Below the pieces are notes generated by a model. The model had not been told where the DNA came from, did no database searches, and saw nothing but the letters and a program-made list of their open reading frames with translations. The translations under genes and the position numbers were made by a program. Positions 1 to 11,931 of a stretch of DNA of 64,000 nt are shown piece by piece. Where the stretch lies: assembly GCF_024521635.1 (NCBI RefSeq), contig NW_026250422.1:124001-188000 (forward strand). Direction: 5' to 3'. The DNA comes from Tricharina praecox. Taxonomy: Eukaryota. Every line of letters starts with the position of its first letter. Positions within the stretch are counted from its first letter, which is position 1.

Positions 1-1496
1 CCAATTCGGCACGGCTGGCTGAATGAGAGAGATTACAAGTCCAAGAGAAGGCTCATGGAGGATATACAAATCATCATTGAAGAGGGAATCAAGAACGAGT
101 TGAAACTCGATAAGAAAGAGCTGCCGAATTACCGTGCGGTTCTAGTGATCCCTGACCTCTACGAGAGGAATTACGTGGTGGACATGGTGGAGATGCTGAT
201 GAGGGAGATGCGATTCTCGGAGATTTGTATAATCCAGGTACGCACATACTGATCATTGTGGCTGGCTAGTGCTGACAATACCGTAGGAGTCCATGGCTGC
301 ATCTTTCGGCGCTGGGTTCTCCCTGGCATGCATCGTAGATGTCGGAGCGCAGAAGACGTCCGTGTGCTGTGTCGACGAAGGAATGTGTATTCCGGATTCA
401 CGGTTTGTAACTCAGCCCTCCGATACGACTACCTTCGCTCACATGATGCAGGATCAACATCAAGTACGGCGGACACGATGTCACCGAGCTCTTGCTCCGA
501 CTTTCTCTCCAGAACTCATTCCCGTACAGCAAGATCAATCTCCGGTGCCGATACGACTTCTTGATCGCCGAGGAACTGAAGTGCAAGTACCTTACACTTC
601 ACGATGGCGACGTGTCGGTTCAAACGCACGACTTTTATCTTCGTCGGCCGGAGAAGGCCACCCAGAAATACACATTCCGTGTATACGATGAGGTGTATCT
701 GGCTCCGATGAGCCACTTCAAACCCGCGCTCACCGACCACTCCCACAAACTCGCCGGCCGTCGCTCGCTGTGGGAACGCAGCTACGACATCTACGACAAC
801 ATGCCGAATGACCAGATGTCTGGTGCACAGCAAGCACTATACCAGTCACTATCGTCAAAGCTCACCGAAGTGGCCAACGGTGCCCCCGAAGCTCCTCCTC
901 CCCGTCCGTTCGGCGCACACCTCAACCCGGCGGACATCACCCCCCGCTCGTCCGTTGCAGGCTCGCCGGTCCCTGAGACCACGACCCCCGTGCCCGGAGC
1001 CGCCACTCCATCCGGACAAGGAGGAGGGCAAGGAGGTGAGGCCACAGCCAATGGCTCGGTTGCTGGCGGTGCGTCCGCCGCGTCCGGTGGACTCACCCCT
1101 CACCAGGTGGCCATGCGTGTGTGGGAGGAGTACGACAGCACGGTGCCCGTGATGCCCCTCGACCGAGCTGTCATCGACAGCATCACGCATGCGGCCAAGG
1201 GCGACGAGAAGAAGATGCGCGACTTCTTTGCCGGGATCATGGTCGTCGGTGGCGCTGGGGCCGTGCCGGGGTTTAGAGATACCCTCGAGGACAGGATCCG
1301 CGGTGGCCTGGCCGGTAGGGACATCAACATCCTGATTGGTGTCCCGCCGAGAGAGCTCGACATGCAGGTCATCGCCTGGAAGGGGGCCAGCGTCTTTGGT
1401 AAGCTGCGGCATACTAACGACTCCTGGGTCAAGCAGAGGGAGTATGACATGCTGGGCAGCAGGGTGCTGACCCTGAAGTGCATGTGGAACTTCTAG
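1..1496 (+). CDS. ARP8: Actin-related protein 8 (INO80 complex), 5' partial, spliced
   Basis: Introns 238-286 and 403-451 join AVLVIPDLYERNYV..IIQ|ESMAASFGAG..CIVDVGAQKTSVCCVDEG..R|INIKYGGHDVT. C-terminus PPRELDMQVIAWKGASVFGKL..MLGSRVLTLKCMWNF is typical of fungal Arp8. Confidence 0.93.
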
Positions 1497-1772
1497 ACGG
1501 AGGGGACGGAGGGATGTAATTTACCTACAATAGTATAATCACATGTTGGGGGCGCACTGGTTAACTGTTTGGATGCGAAGGCACTTTTGTAGAACTGGGT
1601 AGAGGGTGTGTCAATGATTGCTATCTGCTGCATCGTGAACTATCCGATTTTAAGTCTCCATACGGGCTCAAAGGCTTTGATGGATTTCCACTAGTTCGTC
1701 ACTGCGGAGTAATATATGACATAGAAGCCCGATCCCCTACATGTCCGCAGCTTGTAAATTTGTTGCACCTCA

Positions 1773-2491
1773 TTTTTGTTTTTTTTGTTTTATCATAGTA
1801 GCATTCGACCTTTGCAGATCATGGCTGTGTACACGACCGGTTCCACCCCACTGTCTCCGACCGCTGGCCGCGAGCCCGATGTGGGTTCCCTATTGCCCTC
1901 CGCCCGGCCCCTCTGCGCATAACAAAGGGAAAGATAGAAAGAAGTAACAATGAGATGACAAAAAGGAACGGAAAGGAAACATGTCAGTCTTTTCTCCACA
2001 ACCCCCTCACAGCCTCCTAGCTAACTCCTCCAGCCTGTCTAACGCCTCATCTCTTCCCGCATATGCCGGAATCTCCGGCCGACTAGCCCGTACTCTTTCC
2101 TCCGCTCTTGCTCTCACCGCCTCCCAGTCTATCACTCTGTCCGGGGTCCGAGATGGTGTTGGGGTTGGGGTGTCTGGTGCCGGCGGTGCGAGGTTCGGGG
2201 GGGGTGGGGAGAAAGAGAAATTCCCCAGCCTGTCGCCTCTCTTCTGCTGCCACTACTCTTTCCGCCGCCGCCGCTCTTGCTCCTTCTCTCACTTCTCCTG
2301 CTATGGGGTAGGTGGGATCTGCCGCTGCCGCTGCCAAATCAGAAGTCTGGCTCAGGAATTCGTGTTGCTCTTCCCCAAGGGGGGGGCACCCGGCGGCCCA
2401 CATTAGTGGTGGTGAGGAAGTAAAGGACGGCCTTGCTGCACTCTTGGTTGGCAAAGTGGTCTCTGATCTTAAACCTATTCTTCCCTCGGCC
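1773..2491 (-). mobile_element. 5'-truncated non-LTR retrotransposon (Tad-like LINE) 3' end
   Basis: Flanked by a 14-bp direct repeat TTTGTTGCACCTCA (1759-1772, 2492-2505). T-rich tract starting at 1773 is an A-rich tail on the minus strand. Minus strand encodes GRGKNRFKIRDHFANQECSKAVLYFLTTTNVGRRVP..EFLFLPTPP, resembling a fungal LINE ORF2 C-terminus, with homopolymer frameshifts. Confidence 0.85.
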
Positions 2492-2819
2492 TTTGTTGCA
2501 CCTCACTAATTTGGCCCAATCTGGACCGATGCAGAAAGGTTGGTAACGAGTGATATCAAAAAGCTTTCGGCGAGTGGACTCTTCCGCAGAGCAACTTGTG
2601 TAAAGTACGTTAGTAGAAACAGGCTTTCTACCACCATGTATCTGGCGGCGTATTGTACATTCCCACTCGCCTCCTCCTGAAGTTTTCTAAACATTTGGCA
2701 GTGTGGTAGTAGAGTCCGCCGCCGCCCTCGGTGTAGTAGCAGAGCCGGTGGCCCGTCTGCAACATGACTGTGTTTGGGACCCGTGTCTGACTGGTAGAAA
2801 CCGTGACTACTACCAGCAC

Positions 2820-5800
2820 AGCTGCAAACGCCAACGGTCAAAAGGGTTAGAGCTCATTCCTTACTCTTAGTACAATCTGGTACATAGGGAGATTGTTAAC
2901 TCAGTGCAGTCACCAACGACGGGGTATTATGTACGGATTGGCCCGCCGGCCATGGTGGTAACCGAAACTTCCGCCCAACTCTTCCTGTCGAACGAACAAC
3001 GCATTCCCATCGCGCATAATCACTCCGATATCGTCAAATTCCTTAATTCTTCGGACGGAACGTATAGGACTGTGGTTACGAAAATCCAGGAGTGCGTGGA
3101 GACGGAGCGAGGTATGCGGTTAATTCTGCCGATGCCACGATATGACGCATTCGCTGAACATCCGCTCATATAGAGGCTCTAGAACAGGCGGCTTTTGAGC
3201 AGCGAGATATGGTTCACTCGAGCGGAGCGAGCGATGGCGCTAAAAATATACTCATACAGAAGCTTTCAGAAGCGATATGACTGTCTGTTGCAAGACTCTA
3301 AACCCCTCCAACTGCAAGGCCCAACGCGACGAAATACTCTCCGCTAGAGATGAAGACGGAAATACCTGTAAATGGTTGATAGCCGACGAACGCTACAGGC
3401 AGCGGACTCAGAACGATAACCAACCAGTGCTCTAGATACATGGAGATTCCGGATGTGGAAAGAGTGTCTTCGCTTCGTTCCTATTGTCACTCCTTGCTGA
3501 AGATACCATTTCGACTTTTGGACGGAAGCATCTGGTCGCCTATTTCTTCTGTAACGATAAGGACGAACGCCTGAGGACGCCGCGTGCCGTGTTGGCGAAC
3601 CTCCTTGCACAGCTATTAGCGCAAAAGCCGGATACGGTGGTACACTTTCTGGCGCAATCGGAGTACCGCATGAACAAAGAGAAAACAGTATGGACCTTTT
3701 TCATGCTCCTTAAATTGTTTCGTACTATTATGAGGCATATCAATACGCCTTTATGTCTAATTATCGATGCTCTCGGTATGTTTCCCCATATAGACCCTTC
3801 GTTATTTTGTCCTATTCCATATCATAAGCGCTACCTATTATATCTCCCCTCTCCGTTGCGCCAGCCTACAGGGTATTCATCTTCACTTTTTGATCCAAAA
3901 GCTTGACATGATGCCTGTGGAATATTACTCCCCCCTTCGCATAAGGAATTGTGGTTCACGTAGCTCACTCTCACAGATGAATGCGAAGAACCGGACAGAA
4001 TGATCCTCATTCCCCTACAGCGCCTCTTGCAACACTCAGCCATCATGCCTAAACTGGTCCTCACCAGCCGCCCTCACATCCAAGTGTGTTCACACATGAC
4101 GTCTGTCGCCGTAATACCTCTGGAGGCAGCGAATCTCAAGTGCGATATCACAACCGTCGTCGCCACCGAGGTTGGCAAGCTAAATCATCTCGCTGGATTG
4201 GCGAACGAGATCCAGGAGACCCTCGTTAACGGCGCCAATGTGATGTTTCTCTGGGTTTCACTAATTCTGCACGACCTCAGAAACTCCACCTCGACAACAC
4301 CTAGATCCATTCGCCAGAAACTGAAATCTTTGCCGGCGAATATCGAAGAGATTTACAAGAATATCCTACGCCGCATCAACCCCGACGACCGAGAGTTAGC
4401 GGGAACCATCCTTCGATGGGTGCTCTGGGCCATGCGTCCCTTAACCATAGGCGAGTTGGCGATAGCAATTGCTATACGGCCTGGTGCTGAATCCATGGCC
4501 TCCTTGGAAGACGATATTCAGTTGCATCTGGAAACCCCACTTCGATCTCTCTTCGGTCCTATGTTCAAGGTTGAGGCTGACAACACTGTTCACCTTGTGC
4601 ATCATTCAGCCAATGATTTCCTTCTTTCGGACTCTGCAAAGAAATTCTTCCATTCTGAATTTAGGTCGGACAGTGGCGAAGAGGTCGGCTCCGCTAGCCG
4701 GCACCTTTCATCGGACGAGGTGAATGTCGAGCTCGCTGCCGACTGCTTGCGATATATGTCGTTTTCCGAATTCGAAGATGGCCCTGTACCCTTCGATGGG
4801 ACCATAATTTGTTCTCGCTCTGAGCTACTGTTTCGGTCGAATGTGCGGAGACCAGAGATCGCACTCTACGATTATGCTACTCAACAGTGGGCAGGCCATG
4901 TCAGGAGGTCAAGTAAGAAGGCGAGACAAAAGCACCACCTTGCGAGGGATTTCCTGAATCTGGCGAAATACGAAAGGAGGTTAAATCAAGCCCACAGTAT
5001 GCGCAGTCTTGGAGACGATGTGTATCCGAGATACCTGCCGCCAATTCACATTGCTCTGTCGTTCGGATTCCTAGAATTTTTCGAAGTCGTGTTGGCCTCA
5101 GTACCAGATTCAAAGAACTCAGACGAGGACGGCCCGCCCGGATTACACATTGCTGCGGCCGAACCTGCGCCCGCGGCCGCGATCGGTATGCGTGTGGACT
5201 GGAGCATCAAACTAAATGCTACGGACAACAAACGGCAAACCGCGTTGCATTTTGCGGTCAGTATTCACTTGCAGCATGAGCGAGAGACGGTTGAATTGGA
5301 GGGGCAACCCGGGCGCTTCTCGACCGGGGTATCAATTTTGAGGCAACAGATGAAGACGGCAGGACAGCGTCGCACCTTGCGGTGTCGGAAGGAAACGAGG
5401 ACACGGTCCGGCTGCTTCTCGACCGAGGTATCAACATCGAGGCCAAAGACAATGCCGGCGAGACGGCGTTGCACATGACGGCAAAGGGAGGAAATAAGGC
5501 CATAGTCCAGCTGCTTCTGGATCAGGGCGCCAGTGTCGATGCCCAAGACAAGTATGGGTGGACGGCGTTGCAATTTACGGTATTGAATGGCAAACAGGGC
5601 ATATCTCAGCTATTTTTGGACCGAGGCGCCAACATTGAAGCCCAAACGAACAATGGGTGGACGGCGTTACTCATAGCGGTATACTATCGCAAAGAGGCCA
5701 CTACTATCCACCTACTTCTGGACCGGGGCGCTAATCTCGAAGCCCAAACGAACGATGGGCAGACGGCGTTGCGATTAGCGGTACAAGACGGCAAAGAGGC

Positions 5801-7222
5801 CACTATCCACCTACTTCTGGACCGAGGCGCCAATATCGAAGCCCAAGCGAACGATGGGCGGACTGTGTTGTATTTGGCGGTAGGTAATGGCAAACAGGAC
5901 ATAGTTGAGCTGCTTTTGGACCGAGGCGCCAACATCGAAGGTAAAGACAAGGACGGGGGTACGGCTTTGAAAGTAGCGGTTTTAACTGGATCTTTGGAAA
6001 TCTTCCGGCTGCTTCTAGACCGGGGGGCCAATATCGAAGTCCAAGACAATGACGAGTTGACGGCAAGGTTGAAAGTGGCGGCTTCAGCTGGAGATGTGGC
6101 CATTTCCCAGCTAATTCTAGACCAGCCCGCCCATATCAGAACCCAAGGCACTCATGCATTGACGGCGTTGCTTCCGGCGGCCATAAATGAAAATGAGACC
6201 ATTCCCCAACTGCCTCTCGACATCGGCACCAGCATAGACGCCATAGATGAGGACGGGAGAACTGAGTTGCACCGTGCGGCACGGTATGGAGATGAAGCCA
6301 CTGTCCGGCTGCTTCTACGCCGAGGCGCCAATATCGAAGCACAAACGAACGATAGGCGGACGGCTTTGCACTTGGCGGTAGAGAATGAAGAGGCCATAGT
6401 AAAGTTGCTTCTGGACTGCGGCGCCAACATCGAGGCCCAAGACAATGACGACCTGACGGCGTTGCACCGTGCGATGTGGGAAGGAAACGAGGATACGGCC
6501 CGGCTGCTTCTTGATCGAGGCGCCAATATTGAGGCCCAAGACAATGCTGGATTTATAGCGTTGCACCTTGCGACAGACCATGATGAAGAGGCCACAGTCC
6601 GGCTGCTTCTCGACCGAGTTATCAATATCGAAGCTCAAACACGCGCTGGTCAGACGGCATTGCACTTGGCGGTACAGAATGAAGAGGCCATAGTAAAGTT
6701 GCTTCTGGACTGCGGCGCCAACATCGAGGCCAAAGACAATGACGGCCAGACGGCGCTGCACCTTGCGATTTGGGAAGGAAACGAGGATACGGCCCGGCTG
6801 CTTCTTGATCGAGGCGCCAATATTGAGGCCCAAGACAATGCTGGGTTTACAGCGTTGCACCTTGCGACAGACCATGATGAAGAGGCCACAGTCCGGCTGC
6901 TTCTAGACCGCATGGCAAACATCGAAGCGAAAAATAAATTTGGGTGGACGCCGTTATTTTTGGCAGTCTTGAATGGAAATAAGGCCGTTGTCGAGCTGCT
7001 TCTCTTTCGGGGCGCAAACACTGAGGCCCAGGCGAATGACGGGCAAGTCGCATTGCACTCGGCAGCGAGGCCATAGTCCTGCTACTTCTGGACCGGGGCG
7101 CTAACATTACAGCCAATAACATTGACGAGTGTACGGCGTTGCATTTAGCTACACAGAATGGCAAACAGGCCATAGTCCAGCTGCTTTCGAACCGGGGCGC
7201 CACAATCAGGAGGTGGGGATGA
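2820..7222 (+). pseudogene. Disrupted NLR-like gene: remnant SesB-like alpha/beta-hydrolase + NACHT + ankyrin repeats
   Basis: Hydrolase tail ..IPIAHNHSDIVKF..Y; TCKW; P-loop L*IHGDSGCGKS (TAG 3433-3435); YFFC; Walker B IIDAL|DEC across intron 3776-3976; LTSRP; FLWVSL; RPLTIGELAIA; LVHHSANDFL; many ANK repeats. Frameshifts near 5300-5316 and 7065-7075. The 5' end is missing. Confidence 0.88.
6361..6945 (+). repeat. Near-identical 294-bp tandem duplication (three ankyrin repeats per unit)
   Basis: TGCACTTGGCGGTA at 6367 and 6661 (offset 294). Peptide ALHLAV.NEEAIVKLLLDCGANIEA..WEGNEDTARLLLDRGANIEAQDNAGF.ALHLATDHDEEATVRLLLDR occurs twice. Confidence 0.92.
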
Positions 7223-9169
7223 GAGGGATTTGTGAAGCACCGTCTACCATATGTTTCTTCCTCTCAAAAGACGGTCAGTTGCCGAACTTCATTTACCGGG
7301 AGAGACCACTGTTGGAGCTGACACCCACTAGGTAGTTGTTAAGACAACTACGCCAGTTATCGGTTTGATGCACACAAAGACGCGGTTCCTGCCTACGGCT
7401 GATTTCTTTGATCTATCTATTGTTCAATTGTTTCGCTCGGGCCGCATCGTATTTTGGTATCATCTGGCGTTTTGGGATCTGGAGTAGGCAACCCGGTTAT
7501 TCGGTGGATTATTTAATGGCTTTCAAACCGTGTTTTCCCTTCTCGATCGTGCTTGCAGAGTACAGGCCCCGATGTAGTATCTCCAGGTCGACCTCCACTT
7601 ATTCTTGGCGACGAATACACATCCGATTTTCGTATGTGTATGATGAGAGGCCCAGGTCTTCATTACGACCCATTGCTTGTTGGCCGCAGTGGGCGATGAT
7701 GCTTGCTCGGCTTATGGTTTGTGGTTTGTGCGGAAGAGAAAACTAACTACCGGTGCAGGAGAAAAGGCAGTGACACCAAGGGCCGCCACCGCACCGAAAT
7801 TTCCTAGGTCTCGCAGAACCCTAACAGCTACTAGTTGTGGCCCGCTTCCGGAATCCACATGCTCCCACCGTCCCACGTTGCCGAGCTAGACGTTGAACAT
7901 CTTCGGCATTCCGCTGTACTGCATTGGTTATATAGTATCCGTGGCGTACGATATGTAGGTCCGAGCATCGGGAGGCCTAGATGGAAAGCATCTATTTGTA
8001 CTTACTACCTTACCCAAACCCGAAACGTTGGTTCTACAGAGAACTTTATGGGATAAGAATGGCCTTTATAAAGCCGAAACGCTTCCAGTAACATGTTCGA
8101 CCGGATCTGATGCCATTCAGGCCAACGAAGGGCCAAACTGGGGAATTATCAAATGACGAGTGCTAGACTGTGATGCGGACCTACCGGTACGGTACCCACG
8201 CAAGTGAGAGATGATGCCGGGAATTAGGCCAGGATCCGACAGCACTGTACATAATCACATGTAACTATCAGCTGAGTCAATGCGCGGCGGCGAATACGTG
8301 CACACAGAGATGTGTGCACACTCACACGTCTTGGTCCTACTACATACGGAAGTGCGAGTGACCATCTATTGACACGGGCTGCCTTCTGCGCCGATTCTGG
8401 GCGGTGCCTCGACAGTAGGTACCGTAGAGTACGTACTCTATATCCACGGTTGTCGGGTCGCCGCAGAACCAAGCGAGATCACCTACACCGCTCATCGCGA
8501 TGGATTCCATCTCGCTCCACATACGGAATTCGGGCGTTGTCCCGGCTGTCTCTGCGAGCAGCCGGACAAGATATCAGCGCCATCGAGCCCACACTCCGCG
8601 GGGCGAATGAGGGCTGCCGGAAGGGAGTGGCCACCAATCGATCAATTCACCGACAATGCGATTAGCTCCTCCTCCTCCGAACCCTGGGCCAAGTTGACAT
8701 GCGTCCGGATATCTAACATCCCAGAGTCATGGCGACGCATCGGGAAAAACAAATTTTGCGTTAAGTACGTGTAAATGTATGTGTAAGCGGTCCTAACGCC
8801 TCCTGAACGCACTCAACGCGAAACCATACTTAAGACGATCCGATTTTGCATGTACTTCTCTCTCGCGGGCAGGCGAGAGACGGCTAATAGCTAGTCTCGC
8901 GGTGGTGGCTCTCATTGGTGTGGACGTCGTGATCTGCTGCGGTCCATGGATGTACGTCAATAAAATGATCCCCGGCCGACGACCCGATACACAGTCAAAT
9001 CCGTCGAAACGCGACTACCCCGTATGAACGCAGACGCAAAATGCTACGTATCAATGTAGCCTCTCGTAACTCGTTGGTGAGGACACGAGAAACCCTGCTG
9101 AGCACGCAATATCTAGCATTTAGATGTAATAAAGCTCGTATAAATGGACATTATAATTTATATTATATT

Positions 9170-11050
9170 TCATTGCGCCGAATACTCCCCGCCTTTCCTG
9201 TCCGAGCCCAGCCCATTGAACCCATCCTCATCCCCGTCTATCCCGTCTATCCCGTCTATCCCGCCTATCCCGTCTATCCCGTCTACCCCATCTACCCCGT
9301 CATCCCCGTATACGCCGTCTTCGCCCACTCTAATGCCATCGTTTCCATCGCCGTCAATGTTCTGCAAGTCGTGAAGATCCACGAGAACAGGGCTCCCTCT
9401 TCGATGCCCGCCTCGTGCCGGATGCAGACGCTTGCCCGTAGGATATCATTAGTCCCAAATCGACTTCATGAGGTTCAGGCTCAGCAAGGAATGCTTCCAA
9501 TAGATCGGGTCTAAATCTAAAGCAGGCGCCGCATTCAACACTGGTACCGATTCGTCCGCTGCGATAGAGGACTGGATCTCGCTCTTCAGTGTACTTTGTA
9601 TCCACGCCACGGCCTTTTCCCGCAACCGATGATCAAGACCGTTCCACAAAGACATGAACATGTCATACGCGGCTGGAGGAAAAGTTAGCAATGCTCTTAC
9701 AGTATTAAAGCCTAAGTACTTACGGCCATCATGTTTCTTGTTGAAGTAATACGTCCACCCTGCTGATCGACTACCCATGGCACCCTTGACAGGCTTTGTC
9801 GATGGCCTCGATGGGGGCTCTCCATCGCTCTTCTGCCACTCCTGCAATGCGTGATGCAGGGCTGTCACCACGTAAACTATCAACGCAGGAGGTTGCTCGT
9901 CAAGCAACTAGTCGTGAAGTCCGGCATTATGAATACGAGACTTGTTGAAAAAGTGGAGCCGGATGAATCGTGGAATTTGGCTCGCAAAAAACGGGGTTAC
10001 ACGCCGCTACAAAGTGCGTTAGGCGATCTGAGGGCAATCGAATATACACGTGTAATGGTGTGGAGCACTTGCCGCAAGTGGCAAACTGCGATCGCTGTCC
10101 CGGTAGATGAATGCGTGATCAAGCAATTCATTGACAGCGGCTAGACGATCAGCCGCGCTTCTATACTCGTTGAGATCGTACAAGTCCGCGATGGTGTTAC
10201 GTGCACTCGAGATCCAGCTCGATTGCATGCTGTAGTACCCAGACTTGATCTGTACGAACCAAGCGCAACGTAGTGTTAGCAGCTAGAAAATTTTCCTCAA
10301 AGCACCCTTGGAGGACGGATCACTGCATACGTATTTAATGTTGTGCACTTTATGCAAGTTAAAGTCAACATTTAAGCGTTTCTGTCTGTTGGCCTCCGGC
10401 CACAGCCGATTGATGATCTATAGGACGGTGATGTCAGCAAAAGAAGTGAACACAACGCCTAAAATCTCATCCAGCACTCACATCTATCATTTCCTCGGCG
10501 GAAGCGATAAATGGGCAAACTCTGTAGCAGTACCGCTCGAGGAGCCGCTTCACTACTTCCAGCACGCTGGTCAATTCTAGATTCCCTGAATACAGCACGC
10601 TTCGCGGGCCAGGGTGACCCGTAGAGGAGGCCACCGAACCCAGATCCGGTGGCTGTAGAAGCGAAGGGCGGGGTCGTGGAGGCGAGGAAGGGGGAGGTTG
10701 TGGCGGCGAGGAAGGGGGAGAAAACAGATCAGACATAGATGTATCCGGTGGAGAAGAGAGGATATAGATAGGCTCGCGTTTCACCGAAAATGAGGTCGCG
10801 TTGACGGCTGGTGTCGGAGCATCCGAGGGAACATTTGAAGGTGGCAACGCTGCTGGGGGTGAGTGATAACTCTCTCGCGGGGTTTCCGGCGTTCTAGCAG
10901 CAGCATTCTTTCTTTTGGGGATCTTCTTGCGAGGTTCTTCGATGCTAGGCGAACATGGTCTCTTGCCCGCCGCGATGGCCGATAGAGCCGGCTTAGGACG
11001 AGGATGAGGGCGAGGTGTAGTCTCTACACGTCTTCTCGGGGCTAGCGTCT
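9170..11050 (-). pseudogene. Multi-exon DUF6532-like pseudogene (family often TE-associated)
   Basis: Spliced reading ..RYCYRVCPF..|IINRLW..|..AVNELLDHAFIY..|RRVTPFFASQIPRFIRLHFF..G..D*LLDEQPPALIVYVVTALHHALQEW. In-frame TAG at 9908-9910, GC-AG intron 10007-10072, and a frameshifted acidic DGI/DGV-repeat tail. The 5' boundary is uncertain. Confidence 0.6.
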
Positions 11051-11243
11051 AAATCTCCTGAATCTTCTGCGCTGCCTGCGATTTGGCAGCCCGTTGGGGA
11101 GTCGGCATGATCTATGCGCGGAGTTGGGGACCAAATGTTTTGAGGAACGATGTCGAAAGTACAGATCAAGCAATCAAAGTTATGCCACGAGTGGGGTTTT
11201 ATACCATCATTTGCCGCCAAGCCGAGAGTCCGTAAGTTTGAGT

Positions 11244-11411
11244 TCAGACTGATCGTGTGAGGTCAGACTGATCGTGTGAGGTCAGACTGATCGTGTGAGG
11301 TCAGACTGATCGTGTGAGGTCAGACTGATCGTGTGAGGTCAGACTGATCGTGTGAGGTCAGACTGATCGTGTGAGGTCAGACTGATCGTGTGAGGTCAGA
11401 CTGATCGTGTG
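11244..11411. repeat. 19-bp minisatellite TCAGACTGATCGTGTGAGG, 8 perfect copies plus one 16-nt partial
   Basis: Units start at 11244, 11263, 11282, 11301, 11320, 11339, 11358, 11377 and 11396, with no spacers. Confidence 0.97.
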
Positions 11412-11931
11412 TGCTGTGGCGAGTGCTGTGGCGAGCGCTGTGGCTTGTTAGAGAATAAACAACATCCCTTGATTGTTTCCACCGTGTCGAGCTACGGCAC
11501 GGGGGGCGTGGAGAGACAGGTGGGTGGAGGCAACTAGTGTGTAGGTTATGATGCCGGGTTGGTGTCAAGTGGTATGGTGAGGCGACTGCGCGGCCGACTA
11601 AGAGATCCCTCGCCGCCGCACCATACTCGGTCGTTGTTATTGTCCATCGCGGGGCACCTACTACTTGATGAGCATTGAATTTATGTTACCAGCACGGAAA
11701 AAACCCGCGTAGTCCAGTGGTCGAAACATGCAATCAGCGAGGGAAGTTGAGGGCAAGCTTTGGGTTCAACCCGGGTGCAAATCCTACGTATTCAGCTCTT
11801 GTTTCCAAGCCACCCACCGGGGTGGGGATGGTTTTTGTTTTTGACGTGCCGGATGGAGCACGGGATATCACTCGTATACATCACGTGACACCCTTGCGCT
11901 GCCCAGGGTTTTTTGGGGTTCAATTATCATT

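Noticed and set aside
9041..9514. Plus-strand ORF with PVY repeats
   Set aside because: Antisense shadow of the 9-bp repeat encoding the acidic DGI/DGV tail of the minus-strand pseudogene.
11244..11411. CRISPR array
   Set aside because: Repeats are head-to-tail with no unique spacers, there are no cas genes, and the context is eukaryotic.
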